DNA from: Bdellovibrionota bacterium
GTDB taxonomy: Bacteria; Bdellovibrionota_C; UBA2361; OMII01
Direction of reading: 5' to 3'
DNA length: 64,000 nt
Assembly: GCA_044345405.1 (NCBI GenBank)
Contig: JBIJBE010000015.1
Coordinates: 1-64,000 of the forward strand
The position numbers were made by a program, and so were the translations under genes. This document shows, one piece after another, positions 19,151 to 29,598 of the stretch. Within the stretch, counting starts at the first letter, position 1, and every line of letters starts with the position of its first letter. The notes beneath the pieces are model-generated. The model did not search any database and was not told the DNA's origin. It saw nothing but the letters and a program-made list of their open reading frames with translations.

Positions 19151-19576
19151 CTAACTCTCATCTCGTGCCGTGGCCCCACGCCGCAATTCGTCCCTCAGAC
19201 GAGCGGCATCGGCATTTCGAGTGAACTCCTCCAGAGCCTCACCCACCCTGATGGTTAGATCGTTTTCGATCTCCTCTACCCCCCGTATCCTTTTGACGGT
19301 CTCCTCCACTTGGTACTTGGCGTTAACCGTATCAACAGACCCCTTGAGCCAGACCGTTGCGCCCCGCACATCCACTTCAATGGTAGCGTTCGACCACTCC
19401 GGTTCACCCTGCAACGTAACAAGAACCCGCTGACGAAGAGCCGTCTCTGAAGCGACACGCCCACCCGAGGGATCGCCACTAAAAGGCTCTCCGTGCCCGC
19501 GAGAACGTACCCTTTCGGATTCACTCCTCATATCACTTGGTTTGTCGCCCTTTTGTGCCATACCGGCCGTCTCCAT
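19151..19576 (-). CDS. BON domain protein
   Basis: IEVDVRGATVWLKGSV...IRGVEEIENDLTI. Confidence 0.8.
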   Translation of the reverse strand: METAGMAQKGDKPSDMRSESERVRSRGHGEPFSGDPSGGRVASETALRQRVLVTLQGEPEWSNATIEVDVRGATVWLKGSVDTVNAKYQVEETVKRIRGVEEIENDLTIRVGEALEEFTRNADAARLRDELRRGATARDES

Positions 19577-19774
19577 CTAGTCGATTTCGTATAAGGCTAC
19601 GGCAGCGAAACCAAGCTACCCATGAGAAGGAACACCCATTCCACTCGAGACCGCGAAACTATCCCCATCGCTGACCTTGTACCGTCAGGGGCTTATCGAT
19701 GTTTAGGCGAGGAACAGCACACCGGTGCGCTCCTCACTCATATCACTATCAAACTGCTCATCCGGGGGGATTAT

Positions 19775-19987
19775 ATGGGCGCAGCATTAAAATCATCATC
19801 ACGCAGTGATGCCGTATTCAATGATCTAAAGGGTCCGGCTAACAACGATCTCGGAGCCGCGTCGCTGCCTCGTGAACCAGCTCGGTTAACACCGACGGGG
19901 AGCGTTGAGAAGGGGCCCGCTTTTGCGCAAGTTATTCTGCATCTTCTCAACAATGAGACGCCGCTTCGCCCTAGCTATTGCAACTAG
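19775..19987 (+). CDS. Possible small hypothetical protein
   Basis: ATG after a GGGGGA run; 70 aa; overlaps a second short ORF 19905..20147. Confidence 0.3.
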   Translation: MGAALKSSSRSDAVFNDLKGPANNDLGAASLPREPARLTPTGSVEKGPAFAQVILHLLNNETPLRPSYCN

Positions 19988-20109
19988 CGAAGATGTTCCG
20001 ATAAACGTCAGACCAAGGGGATTCGTCCAGTTGGACACGGACCTTCTTGTCCTTTTAGCTCATTTCTTGTCTCAAGCAGGGATGCTACCATCAGTTCGCG
20101 AGGCATCTG

Positions 20110-20757
20110 ATGGAGAGCGATATGAGACCATGGAAGATATCGGCTAGTGTAGTGGCGACTATTGTCTGGGCCCTCATCTGCATGTCGAACGCGACAGCCC
20201 AATCTCCCTGTATTCCGCCCCAACAAGACATCTCAATTCGAAGCACCCTTGCCTCCGCTGGCTTCTTCGACAATCTGCGCAACTCCGATGACTCGATTCG
20301 GTATCAAATGGATCAACTCCTCTCCCTGTCGGAAACAAAGGCAGGAGAGCTGGACAAACAGAAGAGCCCCTGCGGATCATCATCGTGTGCAGCCCCTGTC
20401 GTAGCGGTCGTATTCTCCTCAACCCCGAATAGGACCCTTCCCGAGTACGAAGACTCGCCATCATGTCAGAAGCTCTTTGAGACGACACAGCAACAACCTA
20501 TCGTCTACAGCAACCGCCAATTTGACACTCAGGACGACGCGGAGGAGTGGTACAACGATCTGACGCAGGGAGATGGGCCGGATGGAGAGGACCTCTACAA
20601 CCGCTGCCCTGGGCAGTGCAGTCCAAGCTATTCATCCGTTCTCTATCGAAAAGGCGGGAAGTTCATCGTCACCACCTCAATCGTGTGTGGACACGCCCGA
20701 GACAAGGACGACAATCAATACCGATTAAGCTCGTCACTTCGTTGGATCTGCTCGTAA
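20110..20757 (+). CDS. Secreted Cys-rich hypothetical protein
   Basis: Signal peptide ending ATA-Q; multiple Cys including CPGQC. Confidence 0.7.
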   Translation: MESDMRPWKISASVVATIVWALICMSNATAQSPCIPPQQDISIRSTLASAGFFDNLRNSDDSIRYQMDQLLSLSETKAGELDKQKSPCGSSSCAAPVVAVVFSSTPNRTLPEYEDSPSCQKLFETTQQQPIVYSNRQFDTQDDAEEWYNDLTQGDGPDGEDLYNRCPGQCSPSYSSVLYRKGGKFIVTTSIVCGHARDKDDNQYRLSSSLRWICS

Positions 20758-20778
20758 CCCGAGAAAGGCCCCCACCCC

Positions 20779-21909
20779 TTAGGGACATACCGGGGCTCGA
20801 TCTTCGAACGCTACGAGAGCGCTATACATTTTTCGGTAGGCTCCGTATGCCTCTCCAAGCTCTGAAAGCTTGATGTGCTCGTCATTAGTGTGCGCGTTGA
20901 GAAGGGAACCTGGGCCGAACATCAAGATGCGCGCGTCGCTCTCAACATAGTACGAGATGTCGGACCCCCCACAAAATACGATCGTCTCAAACCCGGATAG
21001 CGGCAGAAGCTCTATCGGATCGCTTACCACCTGCGCCCGCAGCTCGAACTCAATACCAGAAAACCGCTGCGCTGTTTCTCGAAGGACACGCTCTATCGGT
21101 TCGCGCGAGGCCGCGGCGGAGTTTACCGTTCGAACCCAAAAACCAAGCTCAGCGGATGGAGAGATAACATTCCCCGCACTCCCCCCTCGAAGCATACCTA
21201 GGTTGAGGGTTGAGGCTCCGAATACCGGATGGGAACCGAAATCTATCTGACGGAGCGCGTGACCAAGTTCGATGAGGAATCCATTCGCGTCGATCCCAAG
21301 ATTCGGATATCCGGAGTGACACGCCTTACCTCGTATCGTGATCGTTCCGGCGAATACTCCCTTTTGAGCGACAACTAACTTCCCCTCGGTTGGCTCTCCG
21401 TTAACGATATACCTCACTCCTCGCGCTTTGAGTTCAGGCACCGCCGCCTGGGCTCCTACACTGTCGGTCTCCTCTCCAACCACGAAGAGAAGACCGATAT
21501 CGTCGTGACCTTCACGACGAAGGGATTCCGCCGCGTGAATCATAACAGCCGCGATCCCCTTCGTGTCGCATGCTCCTCGACCGCGCAGCACATCTCCCAC
21601 AACCTGTGGCGTAAAGAGATTTTCAGGGGCAGGAACGACATCGAGGTGCGTCGTGAAAACAACCGAAGGCTTCGTTGAACTTGTATTGATCGAAGATGGG
21701 GTCGCGAAGAGATTAAACCGAGCGTCATCTTTGATGCGCCATCGCTCGGTATGCCACCCCATCCGTTTAAGAAGTCGGTCCACATGCTCCATCACAGGGA
21801 GCTCCGTACCTGTCACCGATGGAAACGATATCAGCTCCTTCGCGACCTCAACGATGCGTCCGATGGGGCACTCGGCATGTTCCTCACGGGAACGCGGAAT
21901 CATGGTCAT
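20779..21909 (-). CDS. M20 family metallo-hydrolase (ArgE/DapE-like)
   Basis: THLDVVP, GRGACDTKG, VGEE, GEPT, GKACHSG, FGPG..AHTNDE. Confidence 0.9.
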   Translation of the reverse strand: MTMIPRSREEHAECPIGRIVEVAKELISFPSVTGTELPVMEHVDRLLKRMGWHTERWRIKDDARFNLFATPSSINTSSTKPSVVFTTHLDVVPAPENLFTPQVVGDVLRGRGACDTKGIAAVMIHAAESLRREGHDDIGLLFVVGEETDSVGAQAAVPELKARGVRYIVNGEPTEGKLVVAQKGVFAGTITIRGKACHSGYPNLGIDANGFLIELGHALRQIDFGSHPVFGASTLNLGMLRGGSAGNVISPSAELGFWVRTVNSAAASREPIERVLRETAQRFSGIEFELRAQVVSDPIELLPLSGFETIVFCGGSDISYYVESDARILMFGPGSLLNAHTNDEHIKLSELGEAYGAYRKMYSALVAFEDRAPVCP

Positions 21910-22177
21910 CCTCTTTCCTACGGGTACGGCGTTCGATGGCTACCTTTAGAGTGGTGGCCCTACAACAACCAGCCACAAACACCATAGCACGACCGAGAAG
22001 AGCGCTCGAACAAAATATGTGAGCTCGCGGACCGAGACCATGCGAAGGAGCACGGCCAACCTATAGAATATCCACCCCTTCGTGAACGGGGTAAAACCAG
22101 CTACTTGGCTCGGAAAGTCCGAAAAAAGCTCCCCCCTGACGTATACCCATGTGCCGTGCCTTGCTATCCTTTCGCCC

Positions 22178-23989
22178 ATGGCTCCGACACCGATTATCAG
22201 CACACAAGAGATCACCAAGGGATTCGCTGAACACCCTCTCTTCTCGAAGCTCTCTCTCACCATTCACGAGCAAGAACGGCTCGCGCTTATCGGCAATAAC
22301 GGCTCGGGTAAATCAACCCTCCTCAAGATCCTCGCCGGCATCGAAGAGGTCGACGACGGGACCGTGAGCGTTCGTAAAGGTCTCCGCTGCGCCTACGTCC
22401 CACAACAAGAGGATTTTCCCCCGGGGAGAACCGCTGGAGAGATTATTGAGCAGACCTTGCACTCACAAGGGGTGGATTCCGGAGATATCGCCCGACGTGC
22501 CAGCATCTACCTTGGAGCGGCGGGATTCAACGACGACTCTGTGCTCGTCGATTCACTTTCCGGTGGGTGGAAGAAGCGTTTGTCTATAGCGTGCGCGTTA
22601 GCGCTTGAACCGGACTGCGTTCTGCTCGATGAGCCGACCAACCACCTCGATATCGATTCGATCTTGTGGCTCGAGAACTATCTCGACTCTCTCAGGTGCG
22701 CGATCGCGTTCGTAAGTCACGACCGATACTTTATTGAACGGCTCGCGAATCGAGTACTTGAGATAAACAACATGTATCCCAACAACGCGATGCTCTGCGA
22801 TGGCGGATACGCGGATTACATAGAGTTCCGCGAGGACCGACTCGCGCAACTGCAGCAGCAGCGCCAATCGCTCGCGAATAAGGTACGCCGCGAGGTTGAG
22901 TGGTTGCGGCAGGGAGTGAAGGCGAGAACGACGAAATCACGTTCTCGCATCAACGAAGCTCATAAGCTTATCGACAAGCTCAAAACTTCCCCAACGGGAG
23001 AGCAACGCCGCGCTGACATAGATTTCTCCTCCACTCAGCGAAAGACCAAAGAACTTATCAAAGCGGAGCGAATCGCTCAGTCGATGGGAGGAAAGGAGCT
23101 TTTCTCAGAGGTATCGCTCGTTCTCTCTCCCGGTTCACGACTCGCTGTTGTTGGACCCAACGGAAGCGGCAAAACAACCTTCATTCGAACGCTCCTTGGG
23201 GACCTCGCTCCTACAGCCGGACGTGTAGTGCTGGCTTCTAATCTACGCACAGCCTTCATGGACCAAGCGCGCAGCCAACTCCGAGATGACATGACCCTTC
23301 GAGAGTTTCTCTGTCCTCACGGCGATTCCGTACTCTTTCAAGGACAATCTATTCACGTCGCCGCATGGGCGGCCCGCTTCCTCTTCTCACACAACCACCT
23401 CGCCACAACGCTCGGCTCACTCTCAGGCGGTGAACGGGCTCGAGCGCTCCTCGCGAAGAGCATGTCGCAGGAATGCGATGTTCTTCTCTTTGACGAGCCA
23501 ACAAACGATCTCGACATCGCAACCTTGGAGAATCTTGAGGAGAGCTTCGAGAGCTTTCCGGGCGCGATCGTGCTGATCACCCATGATCGCTACCTCCTGG
23601 AGCGCACCGCAAGCTCGGTGCTCGGACTGCGAAATGGCGCGGGAGTCATGTACGGCAGCTACGAACAGTGGGAAGCGGCGCGTGGTGAGGAAGAAGCTTC
23701 CGGCGCCTCTAAGAAAGATGCCTCGAAGGGAGCAGAGGCGAAGCCGAAACAAGCCACTAAACTCTCCTACAAGGATGCCCGTGAACTCTCGATGATAGAG
23801 GAGATGATTGCCCAGGCGGAGACGAAGCTCTCTGAGATCCAGGCCGCGATCGATTCCGGTGACAATTCAACTAACGCCACCAAGCTCGCGGAGCTCTGCG
23901 ACGCGCTCATCGCGCAGCAACAAGAAGTTGAGCGCCTCTATGATCGGTGGCAGCACCTTGAGAGCTTGCAGAAAGCGCTGGTCAAGTAG
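22178..23989 (+). CDS. uup: ABC-F family ATPase, Uup-like
   Basis: Two ABC cassettes (GNNGSGKS/LSGGW/DEPTNHLD; GPNGSGKT/LSGGE/DEPTNDLD), WLRQGVKARTTK linker, KLSYK coiled-coil C-terminus. Confidence 0.85.
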   Translation: MAPTPIISTQEITKGFAEHPLFSKLSLTIHEQERLALIGNNGSGKSTLLKILAGIEEVDDGTVSVRKGLRCAYVPQQEDFPPGRTAGEIIEQTLHSQGVDSGDIARRASIYLGAAGFNDDSVLVDSLSGGWKKRLSIACALALEPDCVLLDEPTNHLDIDSILWLENYLDSLRCAIAFVSHDRYFIERLANRVLEINNMYPNNAMLCDGGYADYIEFREDRLAQLQQQRQSLANKVRREVEWLRQGVKARTTKSRSRINEAHKLIDKLKTSPTGEQRRADIDFSSTQRKTKELIKAERIAQSMGGKELFSEVSLVLSPGSRLAVVGPNGSGKTTFIRTLLGDLAPTAGRVVLASNLRTAFMDQARSQLRDDMTLREFLCPHGDSVLFQGQSIHVAAWAARFLFSHNHLATTLGSLSGGERARALLAKSMSQECDVLLFDEPTNDLDIATLENLEESFESFPGAIVLITHDRYLLERTASSVLGLRNGAGVMYGSYEQWEAARGEEEASGASKKDASKGAEAKPKQATKLSYKDARELSMIEEMIAQAETKLSEIQAAIDSGDNSTNATKLAELCDALIAQQQEVERLYDRWQHLESLQKALVK

Positions 23990-24014
23990 AGACGACGCTC
24001 TTCAGCGAACTCGC

Positions 24015-24590
24015 CTACAAGAGCGAGTCAGCGACCTTCTTCAGCTCAAGCACCTGACTCGCGGAGTATCCGATATTTGAACTCCACACGATGCGGCCCT
24101 CTTTGTTGAGAAGAACAGCATACGCGCTCTGCGGACGTTCATTTCCAAGTGCCTCAATAACCTTCGGAGCGTCCTCATAGAGGGTAACGACCGATGCCCA
24201 ATCAGACTTCGGGATTCCGCTGCGCATACCGTTATCGATAAATCCTTGCACCATCTGAGGCATCATACCGGCGATCGTTGGCACCTCTACGATCTGCGCC
24301 TTCACATCCGCTTGGAGCGCCCCGAGGATCCACCGATCGATGTCGAACTGCGCTTTCTGGGTGTAACCTACAAGCACCAAGGTCGTCTTCCCACGATAAT
24401 GGTCAGGTAACGTTATCGGCTGCTTGTCGAGATTCGTTCCTTGAACCCGAGGGAAGAGCGAATTCTGAACATTAGACGGGGTAGACACCTTAGTCCCGCC
24501 GCAGGCGACACAGAGGAGGGAGATGAGAGAGAGGCCGATCGCTTTCATATTCATGCCCCCTATTTTCGCAGCACTCTCCCCGTTCGACAA
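24015..24590 (-). CDS. Lipoprotein, thioredoxin-like/ATP10-like fold
   Basis: Lipobox-like CVAC; FPRVQGTNL..ITLPD, QFDIDRW, VLLNKEGRIVW. Confidence 0.6.
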   Translation of the reverse strand: MSNGESAAKIGGMNMKAIGLSLISLLCVACGGTKVSTPSNVQNSLFPRVQGTNLDKQPITLPDHYRGKTTLVLVGYTQKAQFDIDRWILGALQADVKAQIVEVPTIAGMMPQMVQGFIDNGMRSGIPKSDWASVVTLYEDAPKVIEALGNERPQSAYAVLLNKEGRIVWSSNIGYSASQVLELKKVADSLL

Positions 24591-24612
24591 GAGTAACGAA
24601 CAGGGAACGAAC

Positions 24613-25689
24613 TTAATCGGTTAAGCAGGCCGGATCGAACTCATACGTGTTCTCAAGCCAGAGAAGCACCTCCCGGCAAAACGGATCATCGGTATGTCCT
24701 TCATACCGTGCTCGAAGATATCCCTTCTGCTCATCAGTAAGGGCGTCAAGCCCAACGTCGTGAAAGAGGGCGATGTCCTGAGCCAAGAGGCTCCCGATCT
24801 CATCCCCACACACCTCCTTAGCGCAGCGCAGGGTCGTGGCGGCTCGATCATAGCCACCAGCTTGCGCGTAATTGAGCGCAAGACTCGCGAGCGGTATCTG
24901 CGAGAGCCACGGCTGCTTCATGGGGTTAACCGCGTGCCCACTCACCAAATCAGTGAGGTGCGGACCCCGATTCTCAAAAGCCTTGAGAAAGAGAAACGGA
25001 GAGGCGCGCTTACTGTCATTGACGGGATAGTTATCCCACAGGAACGGCTTTCTCCTCATCCGCTCCGTGACCTCGTTTAGGTGCCCTTCCGGATAGGCCG
25101 AGGACATAACCTTCTCACCCGTCCAAAAGAGATCGATAGATGAATCTAACCCCCGCCCTAAATCCTCGAGGTAGTTTTGCGGCATGGGACCAAAACACCG
25201 CTCAATGATCGGATCATAGCTGTAGTAGGTTGGACAAAAAATTATTCGAGGAGCGGAAGAAACCTCGCGAATATCTCCAAGGATCCGAATCTGGGTTTCA
25301 GCCAACGCTGGAACGTCTCCCCGCATATCATCGAAAAGCACGCACAGGATGTCGAGGGAGAGGGTATTGAGCGCCTTTACCTTCTCTCGCAGACTTGCGC
25401 GTGCGCCAGAGTCGTAATCCCGATACGCCTCATACGGAGACAATCCGACCCCTCGCTGAACGCCGCACGACTTTAAGGTCGAAAACAACGAAGCGAGCGC
25501 TGTGAGTCGCGCTTCCGGAAAGGGCTCCCTCCAACGCTTCCGTAGAAATGCCTCATCCTTAGGCGCGTAAATATAAAACGAATATCCGTGAGTTCGCAAA
25601 AATGAGGCGTACGCCGTCCGTTCCTCCCACGACCACGAACGACCGAAGAATCCCTCGATAACACCTACATATGGAACTGAAGTCGGCAT
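24613..25689 (-). CDS. GH84 beta-N-acetylglucosaminidase (O-GlcNAcase/hyaluronidase-like) catalytic domain, no signal peptide
   Basis: GVIEGFFG..W, YIYAPKD, catalytic LFDD, FCPTYY, FWTGEKV, LWDNYPVND. Confidence 0.9.
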   Translation of the reverse strand: MPTSVPYVGVIEGFFGRSWSWEERTAYASFLRTHGYSFYIYAPKDEAFLRKRWREPFPEARLTALASLFSTLKSCGVQRGVGLSPYEAYRDYDSGARASLREKVKALNTLSLDILCVLFDDMRGDVPALAETQIRILGDIREVSSAPRIIFCPTYYSYDPIIERCFGPMPQNYLEDLGRGLDSSIDLFWTGEKVMSSAYPEGHLNEVTERMRRKPFLWDNYPVNDSKRASPFLFLKAFENRGPHLTDLVSGHAVNPMKQPWLSQIPLASLALNYAQAGGYDRAATTLRCAKEVCGDEIGSLLAQDIALFHDVGLDALTDEQKGYLRARYEGHTDDPFCREVLLWLENTYEFDPACLTD

Positions 25690-25791
25690 GTACCTACCCT
25701 ACGGTGTGACAAATCGTACCATGGAAGTGTACGTCACGACGGAGCGACCGTCACGAGGGAAGTAGGTCGAATCTGCCACGGACACCCAATC

Positions 25792-26649
25792 TTATCGGAG
25801 CAACTGGAGCGCCAGAGCCGGCAACTGATTGCCCTGCGCAAGCACCGCCGTGCCCGCCTGTTGCAGAATGTTGAGTCGGGTCAAATTCGCGGCCTCTTCA
25901 GCGACATCAACGTCCCTGATTCGGCTCTCGGCAGCCATGGCGTTCTCTCGGGCAACGCCGAGGTTTGTGATCGCGGTCGACAACCTAGACTCCACACCTC
26001 CCAAGATACCTCGGGAGGCTCCAACGGAATATATCGCGTTGTAGACCGCGTCCAGAGCGAGGCGCGCCGCCGTCGCGGCCGCGTCGTTGCTTGCGCCGTT
26101 GATTGAGTACGTGAGCGCTCCACTGGCGGTCCCAAGCCCGATACCTTGGAGGGTCGCCAGTTGATTCGTATACCCGATCTGCGCGCCTGTCCTCGTACCT
26201 GGGCCTACCTGAATCGTCACGCTCGAGGAACCCGACAGTAGTTTTATGCCGTTAAATTCGGTCACATCTGAAATTCGCTGAATTTCGGAACCAAGGGCAG
26301 TAAATTCGTTGGATATCACCGACCGTTGTTGGGTACTCAATGTACCGTTGGCGGCTTGCGACGCGAGCTCGGCGAGACGGCTCAGGATATTTCCGACTTC
26401 GCTTAAGGCGCCATCCGCGATGGCGATGGTGGAGATACCATCGTTCGTGTTGCGAATCGCCTGTTGCGCGATTCGGGAGTCAGCTCTCAAGGTCTCCGCG
26501 ATCGCGAGTCCCGCGGAATCATCTTTACCACTGTTGATTCGGTAACCGGAGGAGAGTCGGTTAAACGAGCTACTTAACTTCTGACCCGTGACATCGAGTC
26601 GACGCTGCGCCTGAAGCGATACGATATTACTTCCGATCGTGACAGCCAT
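25792..26649 (-). CDS. fliC: Flagellin (short, minimal variable domain)
   Basis: RLSSGYRINSGKDDSAGLAI, RNTNDGIS, FNGIKLL, ESRIRDVDVAEE, ILQQAG..LA.N..ALQLL. Confidence 0.97.
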   Translation of the reverse strand: MAVTIGSNIVSLQAQRRLDVTGQKLSSSFNRLSSGYRINSGKDDSAGLAIAETLRADSRIAQQAIRNTNDGISTIAIADGALSEVGNILSRLAELASQAANGTLSTQQRSVISNEFTALGSEIQRISDVTEFNGIKLLSGSSSVTIQVGPGTRTGAQIGYTNQLATLQGIGLGTASGALTYSINGASNDAAATAARLALDAVYNAIYSVGASRGILGGVESRLSTAITNLGVARENAMAAESRIRDVDVAEEAANLTRLNILQQAGTAVLAQGNQLPALALQLLR

Positions 26650-26837
26650 GGTATTCTACACCTCTACAACCAAGAGCTTATGGTCCCCATCGACACCTGA
26701 TCGCGTGGGTACACCAGTAAGCTTTCTGTAAGACACTTTGTAAGGAAGTGACTGCGAAGAACGTCTGAGAAACATCTTAGCGGAACAACTTGATTACAAC
26801 GTGCCAGGTCAGCGGTCTCCCACTAGCCTTGATATTT

Positions 26838-26865
26838 AGTTCGGTCATTCGTGTTTTTTTCTTAA
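26838..26865 (-). promoter_or_regulatory. sigma28-like promoter of flagellin
   Basis: TTAAG-N15-ACCGAACT on the minus strand, ~190 nt upstream of the ATG. Confidence 0.6.
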
Positions 26866-26928
26866 CCGCAAAATACGATGCCCGTATTTCCCCATAAAAA
26901 GGTCATTTTGGGGGCTCTTTTTTTCACC

Positions 26929-26956
26929 TCAAGGCACCGGCCATTTACGCCGATAC
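26929..26956 (+). promoter_or_regulatory. sigma28-like promoter of the GT25 gene, divergent from flagellin
   Basis: TCAAG-N15-GCCGATAC, near-consensus -10 element. Confidence 0.65.
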
Positions 26957-27099
26957 CTCCTAGGCACGAAGCTTCCCATGCCGATCGCGTTCGCGACTGG
27001 TGCGGGGGCCACAACAGACTTGGTTCGTAAGTAGTTCGGTAGTCCCGGGCGAGAAGCCCATCCCAACAACTTAGGAACTAAACGTACTCAGGAGTAGTA

Positions 27100-27861
27100 A
27101 TGGTACGCTTAGCCTATAACATCATCCACATCCCGAAGACCGGCGAGACGAAACGATTTTCCAAGAGAGCCGTCGATCTCTTTACCGCGGCGGGAATCGA
27201 GAATCTTGGAGTTCCCTCCTTTCATATGCCTACGATGACGGAGGTAACCGACTTTAATCAGAAGAATCCAAACTTTAGGTTCAAGGCTCACGAGGTTTTC
27301 GGCGTTCCCTTTCCCGGAAACTGCGGGGTGGTGGGCGCTTTCGCGAGTCACTACGCGATCTGGAAACAGATGTCAGAAACACGCCATGACGCGGTCATCG
27401 TGTTAGAAGACGAGGCCTATCTAAACGACGAATTCATCCATACGATTAACTGTATGTTGCTCTGCGCCCCGGCGAATTGGGATTTCTTGAGTCTCTTTGT
27501 TCCGGGCCCTCAGAAGGTTATGTACAATGAATCGAGACATCAGATCGTAGCGCCAGGTCTCTGCAAGTCCTATCAGACCTCAAGCTCCATCGCGTACGTT
27601 GTGAGTCAGAAGGGGGCGCTCACGGCGCTCTACGATATCGGGGTATTTGGATTCGCGCTCCCGATCGATCTCTATATCTGGGGACGAGGCCCCGGAAAGT
27701 TCGTGAACTACTGTCTCTCCCCTCACCTCCCACCCATCGTGCAGGTAAGCGGCGACGCCTCGCACGCGCACACTGAAGGTGGCGACCCGATGCCAACGTC
27801 TGAGGAGGAGATTGCGCTTCTTGAGCGGTGTGAGAAGCCGACGGGAACTATTATGCATTAA
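27100..27861 (+). CDS. Glycosyltransferase family 25-like protein
   Basis: VGAFASHYAIWK, IVLEDEA, WDFLSL, AYVVSQKGA, PID; AGGAG RBS. Confidence 0.8.
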   Translation: MVRLAYNIIHIPKTGETKRFSKRAVDLFTAAGIENLGVPSFHMPTMTEVTDFNQKNPNFRFKAHEVFGVPFPGNCGVVGAFASHYAIWKQMSETRHDAVIVLEDEAYLNDEFIHTINCMLLCAPANWDFLSLFVPGPQKVMYNESRHQIVAPGLCKSYQTSSSIAYVVSQKGALTALYDIGVFGFALPIDLYIWGRGPGKFVNYCLSPHLPPIVQVSGDASHAHTEGGDPMPTSEEEIALLERCEKPTGTIMH

Positions 27862-27939
27862 ACGGGCCGGAAAGCTCGCTTGACCATCTCGGAGTGCACT
27901 GACATGGCGCCTAGAGGGCATCTCAGCTAAACTACCTCA

Positions 27940-28617
27940 ATGCAACCTAACTTCGCCCTGGCAGCCGTTGTTTTCGACATGGACGGTCTCCTTCTCGACA
28001 GCGAGCGGGTTTCTCAAGAGGTTCTCCTCAAAGCGGCCACGATCCTTGACGCCCCACTGACGCCAGATACGGCCCTCAAGATGGTGGGAAGAAACGTAGC
28101 GAGCGGGTATCTCTACCTCACTGAACTCTTCGGGGATGAAGCTGCCGTTACACCCTTCCTTGAGAAAACTCACGAGCTCTACGAAGCTGAGTTCGAAGCG
28201 GGAAGAATTCCCTTAAAGCAGGGGGTGCTTCAGCTTCTCGATACCTTGGATGACCTTAAAATTCCACGAGCTATCGCCACATCAACAAGGCGACACATCG
28301 CGATTCGAAAATTAACGAAGGTGAATATCGTCACTCGATTTGATCACATCATAGGGGGCGATGATGTGGTGAACGGTAAACCAGCGCCGGACATCTACTT
28401 GAAGGCGTGTTCATTTCTTAACGCCGACCCCACCCACTGCATCGCATGTGAAGATTCCGCGTTTGGCATTCAGGCTGCTTTCAGTGCGGGGCTGAGATCT
28501 ATCCTTGTTCCAGACCTCCTCACGCCGACGGAAACGATGAAACAGCACGCGTGGAGGATACTCCCTGACCTTCATGAGGTCGCTAAGCTGGTGCGAGAGA
28601 TGAGGCAACCTCGATAA
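27940..28617 (+). CDS. HAD family phosphatase
   Basis: VFDMDGLLLDSE, IATST, GKPAPDIY, EDSAFG. Confidence 0.92.
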   Translation: MQPNFALAAVVFDMDGLLLDSERVSQEVLLKAATILDAPLTPDTALKMVGRNVASGYLYLTELFGDEAAVTPFLEKTHELYEAEFEAGRIPLKQGVLQLLDTLDDLKIPRAIATSTRRHIAIRKLTKVNIVTRFDHIIGGDDVVNGKPAPDIYLKACSFLNADPTHCIACEDSAFGIQAAFSAGLRSILVPDLLTPTETMKQHAWRILPDLHEVAKLVREMRQPR

Positions 28618-28803
28618 GGACGACTGAAGGAGGTACCGTTTGCTACGGGCATATACTAATAGCCCTACTACGCTTCCTTTCGTCTTCAAGCTCTCGAAAA
28701 TAAACTGTCATCTCAGCAGGTTACCAAGCGATGCATCACTGAGATCTCCCTTTAACATAACCAAGGTAAACAACCAGATTAAAAGGTCGGTGGGACCCAG
28801 AGT

Positions 28804-29349
28804 ATGGAACTAGCAACTTTTCGTTCGCAACAAGAACTCACACCATTACTAGAAAAAGCATTTGGCGCTCCAGGGATCGTAGAAGCCCTGACTCCAAAGG
28901 TGGAGATCGCTCGTAATAAACTACAGGGAACCGTGCTGGGTGACATGGAAAAGTTCGCGGATCGTCTCCCAGCTAACTGGAGCGGCATACCGGTCTCAGA
29001 GAATGGCCTGACCGGGCCTGAACGCTCCCACTTCATCGAAGCTCGACAAGGGTTCGCGAAAGACATCAGCAGTCATCTCGCTCATGGACTCACGACGGTA
29101 TCCCTTGGCTGGCTCTCAAGCAAAGTCTCCATCACCTTTCAAACTCATCACGGGGCTGGAACCGGTGAAGCCGCGGCGCATCTCATAGCCGTCACATTAG
29201 AGTCGCATGGGATTACGTCGAGGGTCCATGGGACTCAAGTCACTTTTTCTCTTCCCTCACACCAACATCGCGCTCTAAAGGAATTCAAAGAGGCCGTTAA
29301 CGATGTCGTAACGGCGAGGAAGGAGCTGCTCGGGAAGCTTGCCTCGTAG
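28804..29349 (+). CDS. Hypothetical protein
   Basis: 181-aa ORF filling the intergenic gap; no motif recognised. Confidence 0.6.
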   Translation: MELATFRSQQELTPLLEKAFGAPGIVEALTPKVEIARNKLQGTVLGDMEKFADRLPANWSGIPVSENGLTGPERSHFIEARQGFAKDISSHLAHGLTTVSLGWLSSKVSITFQTHHGAGTGEAAAHLIAVTLESHGITSRVHGTQVTFSLPSHQHRALKEFKEAVNDVVTARKELLGKLAS

Positions 29350-29430
29350 TGAGCGTTACCACCTACGGTATCGTCGATCGGATCTCATGATGGTACGGAT
29401 GCCACTGCGCGATCAGCGTCCTGGGCGGTG

Positions 29431-29458
29431 TCCGCCGATTCCTCTCGGCGGAATTTTC
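29431..29458 (+). terminator. Possible intrinsic terminator
   Basis: tccgccga-ttcctc-tcggcgga stem followed by atttt, between convergent genes. Confidence 0.45.
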
Positions 29459-29598
29459 CCGGCAATCGTATAATGAGGCGGTACGAGACGCGTAACATTC
29501 CCGGCCGCACGCAAACCTCTCCCTTATGCAAGCAGTCCGGAGAACCGCAAAGCAAGCTGACTCGAATAGGATCACCGGAACATAGTGGAGTTGTTCAA

